Shown here: one piece after another, positions 11,721 through 24,900 of the stretch
Numbering within the stretch: position 1 is the stretch's first letter
Layout of the letters: each line of letters starts with the position of its first letter
Assembly (NCBI RefSeq): GCF_001194135.2
Contig: NC_069000.1
Location: forward strand, 21,672,674-21,736,673
Length of the DNA stretch: 64,000 nucleotides
Direction of reading: 5' to 3'
DNA from: Octopus bimaculoides
Taxonomy: Eukaryota
Notes under the pieces: generated by a model
What the model was told of the DNA's origin: nothing
The model's input: the letters and a program-made list of their open reading frames with translations, nothing else
The model's database searches: none
Position numbers and translations under genes: made by a program

Positions 11721-12452
11721 AAGCATCAAAACTGGAAATTCCCAGAAGAAATCAGAGTGCAGAACAGACAATCAAGTGCCTTCAAGATCTTTATGATGTT
11801 TGTAAAAAGAAAGAGAAACTTTAGCTTCGATTTAGTTGATCTAACAAAACGTATTAATTCTTTGTTATGTTTAAAAATTTGCCAACATTTAGCACCCTTT
11901 TTCTTATACAGTTATTTAAAATTGCAATGAAACCTGTAAAGTTAAAAATATGTATTGTTGTTAATTTTGTATGTTATCAAATGCTTATAGTGGCTTCTGT
12001 CTTAAAATAGCCTAGTTTTGAACTTTTGCGTAGAGCAATTTCAATTCAGTAACCTTAAAAATGTATAAATACACCTTTATTCTACATGTCGCTTGCATTT
12101 ACAAGGATTTAGGCAGCGGAAATACTGAAGTGTTAATCTAGTGATTATAGTTTTAAAAGCCCCTAACTCTGAAACTACTTCAACTAGAAAGCTGAAATTT
12201 TAGATATACTGTTTCTGAATTGCACTGAGTCAGCACACCAAGTTTGGTAAAAACTCGAGCAGGCATAATGGAGCCTACCCCATCTAGAATTATGTATGAT
12301 TTAGGTCAAAATTGGTGATCGATTTCTTAAGTTGGAGGTAACATTTTTTATCAAATAAAGCAAAATAAATGTTAGTTTCCTGACTTTTATGAAATTACTC
12401 ATCAGTTTACAGTATAGCATTATTAGGTTGTGAAAATGTCATAATCCTAATG

Positions 12453-12493
<41 letters not shown>

Positions 12494-12859
12494 TTCAAGG
12501 ATAAGTTTGGCACAGAAATGTTGACATAGAGTGGTAAATAAATCGATCTTGGATATATCGAGTTTGAAGTTTCTATCTCTTTTAAATATACAAATTTAAA
12601 AGTTAAAAACCTTGAAATATAAATATAAACTGTGAGAACGACCCTTAAAGAATCTAATTAATGATCCCCTAAGGTAAGTTCTTATGCTATATTGGTAACG
12701 GTTGCTACATCCTCTGGAAAATTATATATATATGTGTGTGTGTATATATATGTGCGTGTGTGTGTATGTATATATATGTGCGTGTGTGTGTATGTATATA
12801 TATATGTGTGTGTGCATGTATGTATATATCATTTTTAGAAAAAACATAAATCCAGAGAA

Positions 12860-13110
12860 GAAGTAAAGCAGTCTATATTTTTTCCTGGTGAAGGCCAGTT
12901 CATGGTTTACCCTGGGTTTTCCATTCATAAAGGATTTATCTTTATGGCGTATTGTCAGACCTGAAGACCTGTTTGCCCATGACCTCTTTAAAACATGGAG
13001 GGGAAATGTCTTCACTTTGTCAGAAATTTGGAAATGACATGCTGTAGTGCTTGGCATTTGTATCGGGAGCTCTGATACAAATATTTCAAGCTGCTTTGGT
13101 ATCAATTTGA
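12860..13110 (-). mobile_element. Highly decayed RTE-like fragment
   Basis: A stop-ridden frame reads GKQVFRSDNTP*R*ILYEWKTQGKP, resembling the RTE GHV.RM....PKQILY motif. Confidence 0.45.
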
Positions 13111-13119
13111 GGATATTTA

Positions 13120-13390
13120 CCGAGAGTGATAAAAATCAAACATCCATTCAATATGATGGTATTTGGGGTGATCACTAGTGATGGTGACTTTATGCCTCCC
13201 TTCATCTTCCCACACAACCTCAGCCTCAACATGATGGCCTACATCAAATACCTGGAGGTGGTCAAGAGGGTGGCTGCTGGACGACCCTATGTCTGGCAAC
13301 AGGACTTTGCACCATGCTACACAAGCAAGAGAACCCAGTCATGGGTGTCAGACAATTTCTGCGAGCACATCACCCCTAACATCTGGCCAC
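13120..13390 (+). mobile_element. mariner/Tc1-superfamily transposase fragment (probably DD37D/maT-like)
   Basis: KHPFNMMVFGVITSDGDFMPPFIFP...YVWQQDFAPCYTSKRTQSWVSDNFCEHITPNIWP. Confidence 0.85.
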
Positions 13391-13979
13391 ATGTGTATGG
13401 TTATATATATATAATAGATATACATGCACTTGCATACATACATGTATATATGTATGTGAACTTATATATATTTCATGTATGCTCTTCCGGTCAATTCACC
13501 AGGTTGAACCATCACTTGTTACACATTTTTTTGGCTCTCCATTTTGTTTTTGTTCCCTTTAGTCTGTTTTGGCGAAGACCATAGGCTCTAAATGTCAAAG
13601 ACTTTGCCTTTCTTTGCAAGCATCAAACTAATACACCTGCTTGTTGTTCCCTCATCTGTCTTCGTCTTTTGTTTTCTGAACATTTAAACAGTAAATATAT
13701 ATATATATATATATATATANNNNNNNNNNNNNNNNNNNNNNNNNNNNNNNNNNNNNNNNNNNNNNNNNNNNNNNNNNNNNNNNNNNNNNNNNNNNNNNNN
13801 NNNNNNNNNNNNNNNNNNNNNNNNNNNNNNNNNNNNNNNNNNNNNNNNNNNNNNNNNNNNNNNNNNNNNNNNNNNNNNNNNNNNNNNNNNNNNNNNNNNN
13901 NNNNNNNNNNNNNNNNNNNNNNNNNNNNNNNNNNNNNNNNNNNNNNNNNNNNNNNNNNNNNNNNNNNNNNNNNNNNNNN

Positions 13980-14420
13980 TCATCATCATCATTTAATGTC
14001 CGCTTTCCATACTGGTATGGGTTAGACGGTTTGACTGAAAACTGGTAAGTCTGAGAGCTGCACCAGGTTCCAGTCTGATTTGGTGTGGTTTCTATGGGTA
14101 GATGCCCTTCGTAACATAACCATTCTGAGAGTGTAATGGATGCTATTTATGTGCCACTGGTACAAGTGCCATTTACATGACACCGGTAATGGCCAGTACT
14201 ACAATTTCACAGGTGCCATTTATATGACACTGACAACAGTCACAACTACAGTTTCACTTGGCTTGATGAGTCTTCTTAAGCACAGCATATCCCCAGGGTG
14301 TTGGTCACTTGTCGTTGCCTCCGTGAGGCCCAACATTCGAAGATCATGCTACTGGCAAAAACCATGATATCACGGGTGCCATTTACATGACACCAGCAAT
14401 GGCCACAATTACAATTATGA
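13980..14420 (-). mobile_element. RTE 3' UTR-derived repeat
   Basis: catcatcatcatttaatgtccgctttccat... is the reverse complement of the RTE tail at ~2040-2115. Confidence 0.75.
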
Positions 14421-14660
14421 TTTAGCTATACATATATATATTTATATCTATAAATGTATATGTATGTCTATGTATTTATGTATATATTTGAATATATGTG
14501 TATGTATGCATATATCTGTATTATATGTGTGTGTACTTATACATACATACATATATATATGTGTGCAGTCCCTCAATATGGCCACAGCCTTAGGACTGAA
14601 TCATATAAAATACACTCACACACAAACACGCACACATATATATGTATGTACATACATAAA

Positions 14661-16121
14661 TATGTAGGTAATTATGCTGATAAACAAATTAGATACATGA
14701 AATGTATTAAATATAATAGTTTGATTATGAAATACAAAATGTGTCTATATGTGTACATGGAAACGAGAGAAAGTAAAAGGTTGAAACTTTGAGACGATGA
14801 ATTTTTATGTGTATAGGTCCAACTTACAAAGTAAAAATGACAGAGAAAATTAAAGAGGTGGAAGAAAGGTATTATAAGTCCAACAGCTGTTTCTGGAGGT
14901 TCGGCAATCCATATTAATATTGATAGATGGAGTATTGAGATCTGAAATATAAGATTTTCTCTACCCTTCATGACGGAGACATGTCTTATCCAATGTTAAT
15001 TGCATCCATATGAGGTTTGATCAATAAGTGTCTGGACTGTTGCCATAGTAACGAAGCTAAAGCACACAGACTGAAGCTGCTTTACAAAGATTGACCTTGT
15101 ACTCTGCTTTGCATGCTCACTAAGTTTTAATGATCTAGCTCACTTACGCTGTTTACAGCAGTTCTTGGAAGGAAGTTGTGTAGCATGTGATTGCCGCATT
15201 GACCATGACAGAGAAAGTTATCATGGCAATACCTGTTCGGAGGCCTATGCCAAGTTGCAGAATGTGTATGGAGAGGAGTGTATGAGTAGTTCAGGCGTTT
15301 TCAAGATGGCCGCAAAAATGTCGATATTGACAAACGTTCTAGGAGACCCCAACCAGCAGAACTGAGAAAAACATTGCAGATGTGTGTGCAGCTGTGAGGG
15401 GAAACCATCAAATCATCATCCGTGAGCTATCAGAGGATGTGCAGATTAGTTATGTTTCAGTTCAGTCCATTATAACTGAAGATTTGGGCATGAGATGCGT
15501 ATCTGCCAAGTTTGTGCCAAATCTGCTTTCAGCTGATGAAAAATCTTTGAAAACTGTGCATGGGCTTCTGAGCAGGTATTGTCAAGCAGATTGATGCAGA
15601 TTCTCTGCTCAACTTACTCTGTCAGGGCCAATGTGATGATCCCATGTTATACACCTTCCTTCAAAGCACTGCTGTAAACAGTGGAAGTGAGTTAGAAAAT
15701 TAAAACTTGATGCACATGCACAGCAGAGTTCACTGTCAATCTGAGCCAAGCGGCTTCACTCTGCATGTTTTAGCTTCGTTACTATGGCAGCAGTCCAGAT
15801 ACTTATTGATCAAACCACGTACATATTGTGGTGAACTACATCTACGAACATTATTATGGATCTCAAATCCCCCAGAAACTGCTGTTGGACTTGCAACACC
15901 TTTTTTCAACCCCTGTTGTTTGTACTCTGTGTAAGTTGAACCTTTTAATATAAATATCTGTATTTTTATACTTGAAAATTCATCATTTGAAAGTCTCCAC
16001 CTTTAGCCTTCTCTCGTTTTGCATCTATACATATAGACATATTTTGTATTTCATACCCAAACTATTATATTTAATATATTTAATGTATTCAGTTTGTTTG
16101 TCCGCATAATTGCTTCTATAC
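14661..16121. repeat. Diverged ~280-bp inverted-repeat pair (14661-14932 / 15834-16121) flanking a mariner element
   Basis: Arms align in reverse complement, e.g. aagtccaacagctgtttctgg / ccagaaactgctgttggactt and attaaatataatagtttg / caaactattatatttaat. Confidence 0.85.
15011..15819 (+). mobile_element. Internally deleted mariner element with ~155-bp TIRs
   Basis: TA TSDs at 15009-15010 and 15820-15821. TIR is (C/T)GAGGTTTGATCAATAAGT(G/A)TCTGGACTG. Interior encodes HTH remnants (EAYAKLQNVYGEECMS; IRELSEDVQISYVSVQSIITEDLGMRCVSAKFVP). Confidence 0.9.
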
Positions 16122-17406
16122 CCGCTGAACTTGATTCCTCTTATAACCTTTCTTTACCTTGTGCAGTTGATCCCCTGTAAAGACATCAAACTCTAAGTTT
16201 GAATCTTTTGAGCACTACTATGTGCCTTCTATATGGAGAATGTCTGGATCTCATCTGTGGACTACACACATACACATAAATGTATATATATGCGTGTTGT
16301 ATTATACTTGTTCCATAAAAATCATTTCCTTTGAAAACAGGTAAGTGTTATGAATAGGAATATTAAAGGACTGTAAATGCTGTACTTACATGTTACTAAT
16401 AATGCTTTCCTGTATGTAGAGTTACCCATATATTCTGGGAAGAAGATATTTGTCTTCGTCTTACATATTTTGGAACTTGGTTTTATATTTCAAATACATG
16501 AAAAGTTTATGATACCTTTGATACCACTCATGTTTTGATTTGCTAATTGAACTTAATTATTTCTTGGGTAACAATTCTCATTGCTTTGATATATCAGAAT
16601 AGCTGCTCAACTTCACAATAGGTCGGCTCTAATTGAATTGAGTTGAGATGATTACATTTGTTCCAGCCCAACCCAGCCCTTGTCTTTTGTTCAGGCATGA
16701 TATATAATCTTGTACTACAATAACTGATGCATCCTTCCCTTCTAAGACTATAAGGTCTGGTTTTAGGGAGATTTAGCTGTAACCTCTTGCATTTTAAATA
16801 ACTATGTGGAGGTTGCTATTATTCAGCAAAGCATCAACCTGGCTGTCTGTCATTTATGTAACTCTAAGAAATACCACATTAATATGCTATATTTCACATG
16901 CATTGTTGTTTTGTTGTGCATCAGTGTGATAGATTGAAATACATTGCTGCTGATCAGTTGTGTGTGTATGTGTATGCTTATTTACATATGCACAAACAAC
17001 TGTTATGTGACACCAGAATTGATGAAAAGTAAATTGTCCCATTCATTGGTTGCCCTTGCTTCATACGGGTTGTATAATTTGACATTTTTCAGCATTTCTC
17101 TTCAGATTGTGGTTGGAAACAGGCAACTAAACTAGATATTCCTGTTGTTTGTATGTTTGGTTCTTTATTGTGTCTGTGCTGCTTTTAAGTGCATACATTT
17201 AATTTTGTGTTATGGAATTAGAGTAAAACTGTCCCTGCTCCCCACCCCCAGAGATAAGCAGAAAAAAATGTGGAAAAAGAACTCCAGTATTTGAATGAAA
17301 TTCTGTCAAATATATTGAAAGTCAGCTTATGTTGAGTGGTTGGTCTCATGATACTTGCTATACTCTTCTTTGTTTTGTTGTGTTATATACTTACATATGA
17401 ACATAT

Positions 17407-17438
<32 letters not shown>

Positions 17439-17534
17439 NNNNNNNNNNNNNNNNNNNNNNNNNNNNNNNNNNNNNNNNNNNNNNNNNNNNNNNNNNNNNN
17501 NNNNNNNGTTACTCTATATTTTTGTTGCATGCAA

Positions 17535-17657
17535 GTTTATTCTTAAACAAGAATATTGTTGCCAATGACTTTGAAGTTTTAGCCATACGACAATGATTCA
17601 AATGGTCAAAACTTCAAAGTTACTGTTAACAGTATTTTTTTTTTCCTAAGAATAAAC
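17535..17657. repeat. Palindromic hairpin element (same family as 46961-47076)
   Basis: Arms aatgactttgaagttttagcca / tggtcaaaacttcaaagttact. Confidence 0.8.
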
Positions 17658-18214
17658 AAAATACAGAGTTCGGGAAAGAAAAAAAAATGTATACACACTT
17701 CTGGAAAGGAAAAATCTGTATAGATATTTAAGTTGTGTAAGTACCCCTATCATATTGCAATAACACTGAATTAAAATATTCATACAGATTTTTCTTTTCC
17801 TGAAGTGTGTATACATTTTTTGATGTACTGTGTGTGTCTGTGTATATAATGTACATACATACTTAAATACTGATAGAGGAGTGCATATAATCCAAGAGTG
17901 TGTATATGTGTGTGTGTGTGTGGGGGGTGTATTCTTGTGTATCCCCATGCATTTGTATGTCCCTCTTGCTTTGACATGTAATACTTGTAAATAAGCATCA
18001 CCATCATAGAAGGTATTGTTTGTTTCCAATCTTCTATGAAACATGTCTACTCAAGGGGAAATATTACCTTGCTTGGAAATGAGGGGTTTGCAATAGGAAG
18101 GGCACATAGCCATAGAAAATCTGTCTTACCCATGCAAGCATAGAAAAGTGGACCTTCAAATGAAAATAATCTACCTATGTATTTATTTATATATATTTCT
18201 TATTTTTTTTATTG

Positions 18215-18430
18215 CCCAGAAGGGGCTAAACATAGAGGGGACAAACAAGGACAGACAATGGGATTAAATCGATTCCATTGACCCCAGTGCATAACTGGTA
18301 CTTAATTCATCGACCCCGAAAGGATGAAAGGCAAAGTCGACCTCAGCGGAATTTGAACTCAGAACGTAACGGCAGACGAAATACTGCTAAGCATTTCGCC
18401 CGGTGTGCTAACGTTTCTGCCAGCTCACCA
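18215..18430 (-). mobile_element. Nin/Deu-domain-like tRNA SINE (family B), well preserved
   Basis: The reverse complement carries a tRNA-like head (gagctggcagaaacgttagcac...gagttcaaattcc) and gtcgactttgcctttcatcctttcggggtcgat, similar to the DeuSINE/Nin core as I recall it. Confidence 0.8.
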
Positions 18431-18854
18431 CCTTTATATATATTTCTCTGTGTGTGTGTGTGTGTCTAATTATGTACATGTGTGTAAATCTTCACATATG
18501 CATGTAAAGTGGCATGCTGTCAGAAACATTTATCCATGTTCAGAATTGTTGATGTGCGAAATAAACAATCCACACCTGTTGTTAGCTGTCAGGACACTGC
18601 ATCCTTCAAAAATTCAGTGCTTTACCAAAATTCGATAACACTACTCCTGACATGCTTACACATTATTTTTTCTCCGTGGCTCTTTTACTCTTTACTTCTC
18701 TATCTTTTTTGTCTGTGCTGTGCATGAATTTTTGACTCTTTTTGCTGTTTTTCTTTATTTGACTTATTGCTACTTTCTGTCCTTCATTTTCCTATTCTTT
18801 TTTCCAACTGATTGTAGTGTACCTGATCACTACATACCATGAGCTCATTATTAT

Positions 18855-19330
18855 GAAGGTGGTGAGCTGGCAGACTCGTTAGTGCGCTATTTCATCTGTT
18901 CAAATTCCACCAAGGTCGACTTTGCCTTTCAGCCTTCCGGGGTCAGTAAAATAAGTACCAGTTGAACACTGGATCGATGTAATTGACTCATCCCCTCCCC
19001 CAAAATTGCTGCCCTTGTGACAAAATTTGAAACTATTATTATTATTGCCATAAGGTGCAAGCATAACTGTGTAGTTAAAAAATGTGCTTTGCAACCACAT
19101 GGATGTAGGTTCAGCCCTATTGTACATCACCTTGGGAAAGTGTCTTCCACTATAGTCCTGAGTTGACCAAGGCAGATTTGGTTGATGGAAACTGAAGGAA
19201 GCCCATCTTGTCTGTGTTTGTGTCTCCTTGTCTTGATGTGTGATAGTTGTGAGTATTGCTGTTGTAATGTGATAAACTTTCCATTTCATATCTATTCGAA
19301 TTGGATTTGGCATCAAGAAATGTTCACCTA
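18855..19330 (+). mobile_element. Family B SINE (18855-19030) followed by family A SINE (19060-19330)
   Basis: Diagnostic blocks of both families are present. Confidence 0.7.
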
Positions 19331-19702
19331 TTCTTACTCATATATTAAACCTTTCATGGTCACATTTTTGATGAAGTAAAATGCTCATGTGCTTAATTCA
19401 CTTCTGAAAATAATCAAGAATTTAAAGCAATTTAAGAAAATATCCGATTTTGTTATGAATGTTCACATTAATCCTTTTGATATCTGCCCACCCAAAACTG
19501 CCTCTGGTTCTATGATACAAACTTTGTGTTTAAAACTGATCAAAATTAAAGCCTTCCATGAAAGTTTCATGTTAGTTTATGTTTGAAACACCTCTGTAAT
19601 AGCGATGAACTTATTTTAACAAATTCTTTGTCATTTTCAAAATGATTTGAAACAAAAGCTAACAGAAATAAGGTAACAAATGGGTTAAGCTAACGTTTAG
19701 AA

Positions 19703-19956
19703 CAATGTTTCTCAACTGGGGTCCACATGACTCTTGGTGGTCTCATAAGACTTTCATGTTAAAATTTGTGCAATAAACTGGTTATACTTCTATAATACTC
19801 TAAATATTTTAACAGTTTTTTAATACAATTCCTCATAAAGTCTAATTATAAAAATATAATATGATATTTTAAATATCGAATGGCTATGTGGGTCCAGCCA
19901 AGCAAAATAGGAATCAAAAGGGGTCTATAGGTAAAAAAAAATGTTGAGAACCACTG
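19703..19956. mobile_element. hAT (Charlie-like) MITE
   Basis: Termini CAATGTTTCTCAAC...GTTGAGAACCACTG. Same family as 43537-43875 in opposite orientation. No clear TSD. Confidence 0.7.
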
Positions 19957-22299
19957 ACTGGGAACTGAATCTTAATGGAAACATTTTTGCTTGTATGTAA
20001 TTAGATCAGGTTTTGCATTTAATGTGAAGTGTAAGACGGACAATTTTTGCAGTATACAACTAGATGCAGTCTCAGATTGATTTGTATCAAAGGAGTTAAA
20101 TAATCAAAAGTCTATCTATATATATTGCCTATGTGTATAGGTGGTCTATACACACATATATTTTTGTTTAGTTAATGTTATCTATCTCAGTTGCTAACAT
20201 GATGAGATGCTAGTAGAAGTGAGAATGAGAAACTTTGTTAGTTATTTTAAATTTTCAATGAAAAATGTCAAACTGAACCAATATCCAATTTATTATCATC
20301 TAATCAATATTAAGGTGCATTCTCTGTTTTGACAGTTGGTCTCACCACCACTTTTTCTTACACTTGTTCCCCCTCCCCCGCTTTCCTTTCCTTCCATTTA
20401 TATTTTAATTTCTTCAATTTCTTCTCCTTTTTTCCGTTCTTTTTCATTTTTCTTTTTTCATTTCATTCCCATTTCTTCTATTTATGCTTTCTTTTATTTT
20501 TTTCATTCCTTCTTTCTTCAATTCTTTCTGTTTTCGTTTTACTTTCTTTGTCTATTTCTCTTTTGCTCCTCCTTCACTTTCTTAAAACATTGTCTAGTGT
20601 TCTTGACCTTTCTAAAACATAGTTAATGAAACGAAAATTAGTATCAAGAACAGGAGGTCATGGAGGGAGCAACTTAATAGACTAGATGAATAATTAAGAA
20701 AAATACCTGACAAGAACAATAAAAATGCAATATATTTGTGTAACTTTCTAATGTCAATTTAGAAATAACCTGCTGTACGTATTAATACTTTTGTGTGAAA
20801 TTTTGGTAAAGTGGATAATGATATCAATCGATCGACTTATTGATTTATTTCAATTTTGACCGGTTGTCGAATGTTCAGGTTGTGTCCATGTCTTCATCAT
20901 CACTGTATATTATGTAGATTTAGTGGAAGAATGTTCTACAAAACAGTATATGTTGTTTCTTTAGATGATGAATTAGTGAAGTTGAATATGAGAGAGAGAA
21001 AAAAGATGGAAGATGTCTTAAACATGTACATTAACACATCTACCTATCTAGTAAATTCAGTATATTTTTATTTTCCCATCCTTTCCCCCCAACTTATACA
21101 GACAGATAGATAAATATTTTATTAGATTTTTTTTTTTTTTCGAAGATATTCTACTTTTAGCTGGGAGTTTAGCTTCATTCACTGTCAGTTTGATAATAGA
21201 GGAGGAAATTAGAAACTTAGTTGGTTATTTTGATACCAGCCCACTCAGGACCAGCTCTGGTTATAAGATAGAAAAATATCGTGTTTTGAATTATTTATAT
21301 TTAAATAGAAAACAAGATTATAATTTCAGGGTAGATACCTTCTGTTAAGATTTGCCTTATATTAGCTTAATATCGACAAAATTGCTGTAAATTGTTATTT
21401 TTGGAATTTAGTTAGAATGCTTACACAGAAAATTTCATTAGAAAATCTTGTCAGAAGAAGGTTAAATTTCGGTGGAAGATGTTTTCATTCTCAAACTTTT
21501 ATATTATTCAGTTTTATCATTGTGACAATGTATTCTATGAGAATTAAGATGTTTGATATAAAATGCTGTCTGATGTTGTTGTGTAACTATATAATTGATT
21601 ATGATAAAAAAAAAAAAATATAAAAAGCAGAATAAACACACCAAACAGTCCCAAAATGCTAGTTAAAAGTGAAGTGTAAATGAGTTGAAACTTACACACA
21701 AACACACACATTTTGAAGATAGGTATACAAACAGATGTTTTTTCTTTCTATTTTTTTCTTTTTATTCTGGATTCTAAAAAAATATACTACATAAAGATAA
21801 GCATATTTTATTTGATCTGCGATATTGTTAATAAAATACTTCATTGTATCTCATTCATTATGCTATTCTCCCCACTCCTCCAACCAGCTCTCCATCTGTT
21901 TCCTTCTGCCATTTTAAGTGATTTTTGAATTGTTGATGACAATTCTCTATTATGGAAAATTCTTTGATTTGCATTTTCATTTTATATCTGGCAACCATTT
22001 GAATTAGAAAAGTGGGGGGGATGTGATAGAAATCTTTTAGGGGTTTTAAAAAGTAAATTATCTTTAGATATAACCTATTTTCATTTCAAACTTACAATAA
22101 AACTTTGTATATGTTTCGTTGAAAACATTGTAATAAAAGAACACCCTTTCCTACACTGACTATTTGAATGGAATAGGGAAGCTTCCTGTATGGTTAGGTA
22201 TACAACCACACACGGTAGACATAAGGTATAAATGTTAATAAGGTTATTTCTATGTATGTGTCTTTAAGGGATTTCAGTGTGTGCGGTTATCTTTTACTT

Positions 22300-22650
22300 G
22301 GCGAGGCTGGGGCACTGCCTTGAAGAACCTTTAGTCAAATGAATCAACCCTAGTACTTTTTTTTTTAAAGCTTGGTACTTATTCTATTGATCACTTTTGC
22401 CAAACTGCTAAGACATAAGACGTAAACACACCAACACCGGTTGTCAAGTGGTGATGTGGGACAGACGCGCGCGCGCGCACACACACACACATATGACAAG
22501 CTTTTTTCAATTTCCATCTACCAAATCCGCTCATATAGCTTTGGTCAGCCCAAGTCTATAGTAGAAGACACTTGCCCAAGGTACCACTCAGCGGGACTGA
22601 ACTCGGAGCCAACTGGTTGGGAAGCAAGCTTCTTACCACACAGCTGCATC
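22300..22650 (-). mobile_element. CORE-type SINE family A
   Basis: Family head and tail on the reverse strand. Confidence 0.8.
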
Positions 22651-22719
22651 TGTGCCTTATGTGTATGCATGCACATAATATACATAGTCTGTACAAGATG
22701 TTTAAGAAAAGAGAAGCTG

Positions 22720-22960
22720 AAATAAAAAATTCAAAAGTAGTATGCAAGAGAGAAGACTGCACTGATATGGACTTGTAATGGAGGATGCTAGCTGGGTAAG
22801 GACACACCAAAGAGGTGGAAGGAAACTGTGAAAGATAAAAACTGAGGAAAAAGTAATGAAAGCTGAAGGTGATGTCAGTGAACTGTTACGAGTGGTGAGA
22901 TGCTATGATGAAGCAGACTCATACAACCCATGTAAGCATGAAGAGACGGAAGTAAAAGGA
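22720..22960 (+). mobile_element. Decayed RTE 3' fragment
   Basis: gcaagagagaagactgcactgatatgg resembles gcaagagagacgactgcgctggtatgg at ~10930. Confidence 0.55.
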
Positions 22961-22973
22961 ACTTTAACAATTA

Positions 22974-23021
<48 letters not shown>

Positions 23022-23134
23022 TTGTTTATAACTATTGACATTCATCATTATTTAAAACGCAATATTAAATTTTGTAGCTAAGTGATTGTATGCAAGTGTA
23101 GGTATCCAATGTGTTTAAATTAGCTGCTCTTTAC

Positions 23135-23176
<42 letters not shown>

Positions 23177-23283
23177 ATTTTTTATATCTGACAAGTAATT
23201 TTTACTAAAAACACTCCCTGATATACCAGTCATTATTTCTCTTTTGATTAAAGAATGTAATTGTTATTTATCATGTAATGCAG

Positions 23284-23321
<38 letters not shown>

Positions 23322-23799
23322 TGTGTGTGTGTGTGTGTGTGTGTGTAAAAGTCTATAATTTGGTAATACTAATAATAATCCTTTTTACTATAGGCACAAG
23401 ACCTGTAATTTTGGTGGGAGAGGACTAGTCACTTACATTGACCTAATAATAATAATAATAATGATGATGATGATAACAATAATAGTAATAATAATTTCAA
23501 ACATTTGTAGAAGGTAACAAATTAAATGTTGAAGTGAATTCACTTGACACACACACATGCATGCATGCATATGTGAATGTGCATGTACACACATGCACAC
23601 ATTTGTGTGTGCATGTGCATACATATATAGTCTTCTATTTCGCACTGGGTTGTCCTTGGTGAGTTCGACTAGTATATAAATTTTTCTGAGAAACTCTTTC
23701 TTGCCCTGCATTCAATCTTCACTTTTGGAGAAAGGGACTCTGTGAGTGGTCTCCTGTAGTTGCTCTCATGGCAGAATTTAGCAAATTCACTGAGAGAGA

Positions 23800-24355
23800 G
23801 AGAGAGAGATCAACCTCATTACTTGACTGGTACTTTATCTATTGACTTTGAAGGGGTGGAAGGCAAATTTGACCTTGCCAGGATTTGAACTCAATGTGTA
23901 GAGCCAGAACAAAAACTATCAGGCATTCTACCCGACACTGGAACAACTCACCTACCAATATGCTTAAATATAAAACTAACAAACACACACACACACAGGG
24001 TGGGCCAGCCAAAAGTCAAGCACAAAATAAGTTCAGTACGCTCTGGAATTGTCAAAAACATGCTTCAAATTTTCTAAAATTGAATAAAATAAATAAAATT
24101 ATGAGGAATACACACATACTTGTACTTGATGAACAAACTGAATAATAATAATGATAATTCTTTCTACTATTGGCACAAGGCCTGATATTTTGGGGGAGGG
24201 TTAAGTTGATTACATCAACCTTAGTGCTGTACTGGTACTTATTTCATTGAACCTGAAAGGATGGAAGGCAAAGTTGACCATGACAGAATTTGAACTCAGA
24301 TGGGTGAAATATCACTAAGCTTTTTGTCCAGCATGCTAACAATTCTGCCAGCCTG
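23800..24355 (-). mobile_element. Two family B SINE copies (23800-23950, 24160-24355)
   Basis: ggaaggcaaa(t/g)ttgacc...atttgaactca blocks. Confidence 0.65.
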
Positions 24356-24730
24356 CTGTCATGATGATGATGATGATGTAATATAAATTAAATGTCAAAT
24401 GCTTTGGTTCATGGCTTTTGGCCCATCCTCTGTGTGTGTGTGTAAATGTATATATATATACAACAAATTTTCTCATTTTGAATTGCATCTAACACTCAAA
24501 ATTTGAAAAGCTTTAGCGAAATCAGTTATGTTAGAGGGGAAAAAATCTTATCTTGTATAATATTATAATATTGTATAATACTTTTGCTATGATAATTCTA
24601 ATATATTCTTTAGTCTTGTAAAAAAAATCTTCTGTTTTTTCATCTTATTTCTTTCTTTGTGTGTATGTATATATATATATATATATAAATAAAATTTGCC
24701 TATATACGTGAAAGAAACAAAAAAAATAGG

Positions 24731-24900
<170 letters not shown>

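Noticed and set aside
12722-13105. 127-aa minus-strand ORF (MIPKQLEIFVSELP...)
   Set aside because: A different frame matches decayed RTE motifs, and the ORF ends in microsatellite.
18330-18430. tRNA-like sequence (also at the heads of family A copies)
   Set aside because: These are SINE heads with A/B boxes but no complete cloverleaf, so no genuine tRNA, rRNA or snRNA gene was found.
21161-21345. ~60 open codons after a plausible acceptor (GSLASFTVSLIIEEEIRNLVGYFD...)
   Set aside because: No recognisable homology and only a weak donor. Within chance expectation.
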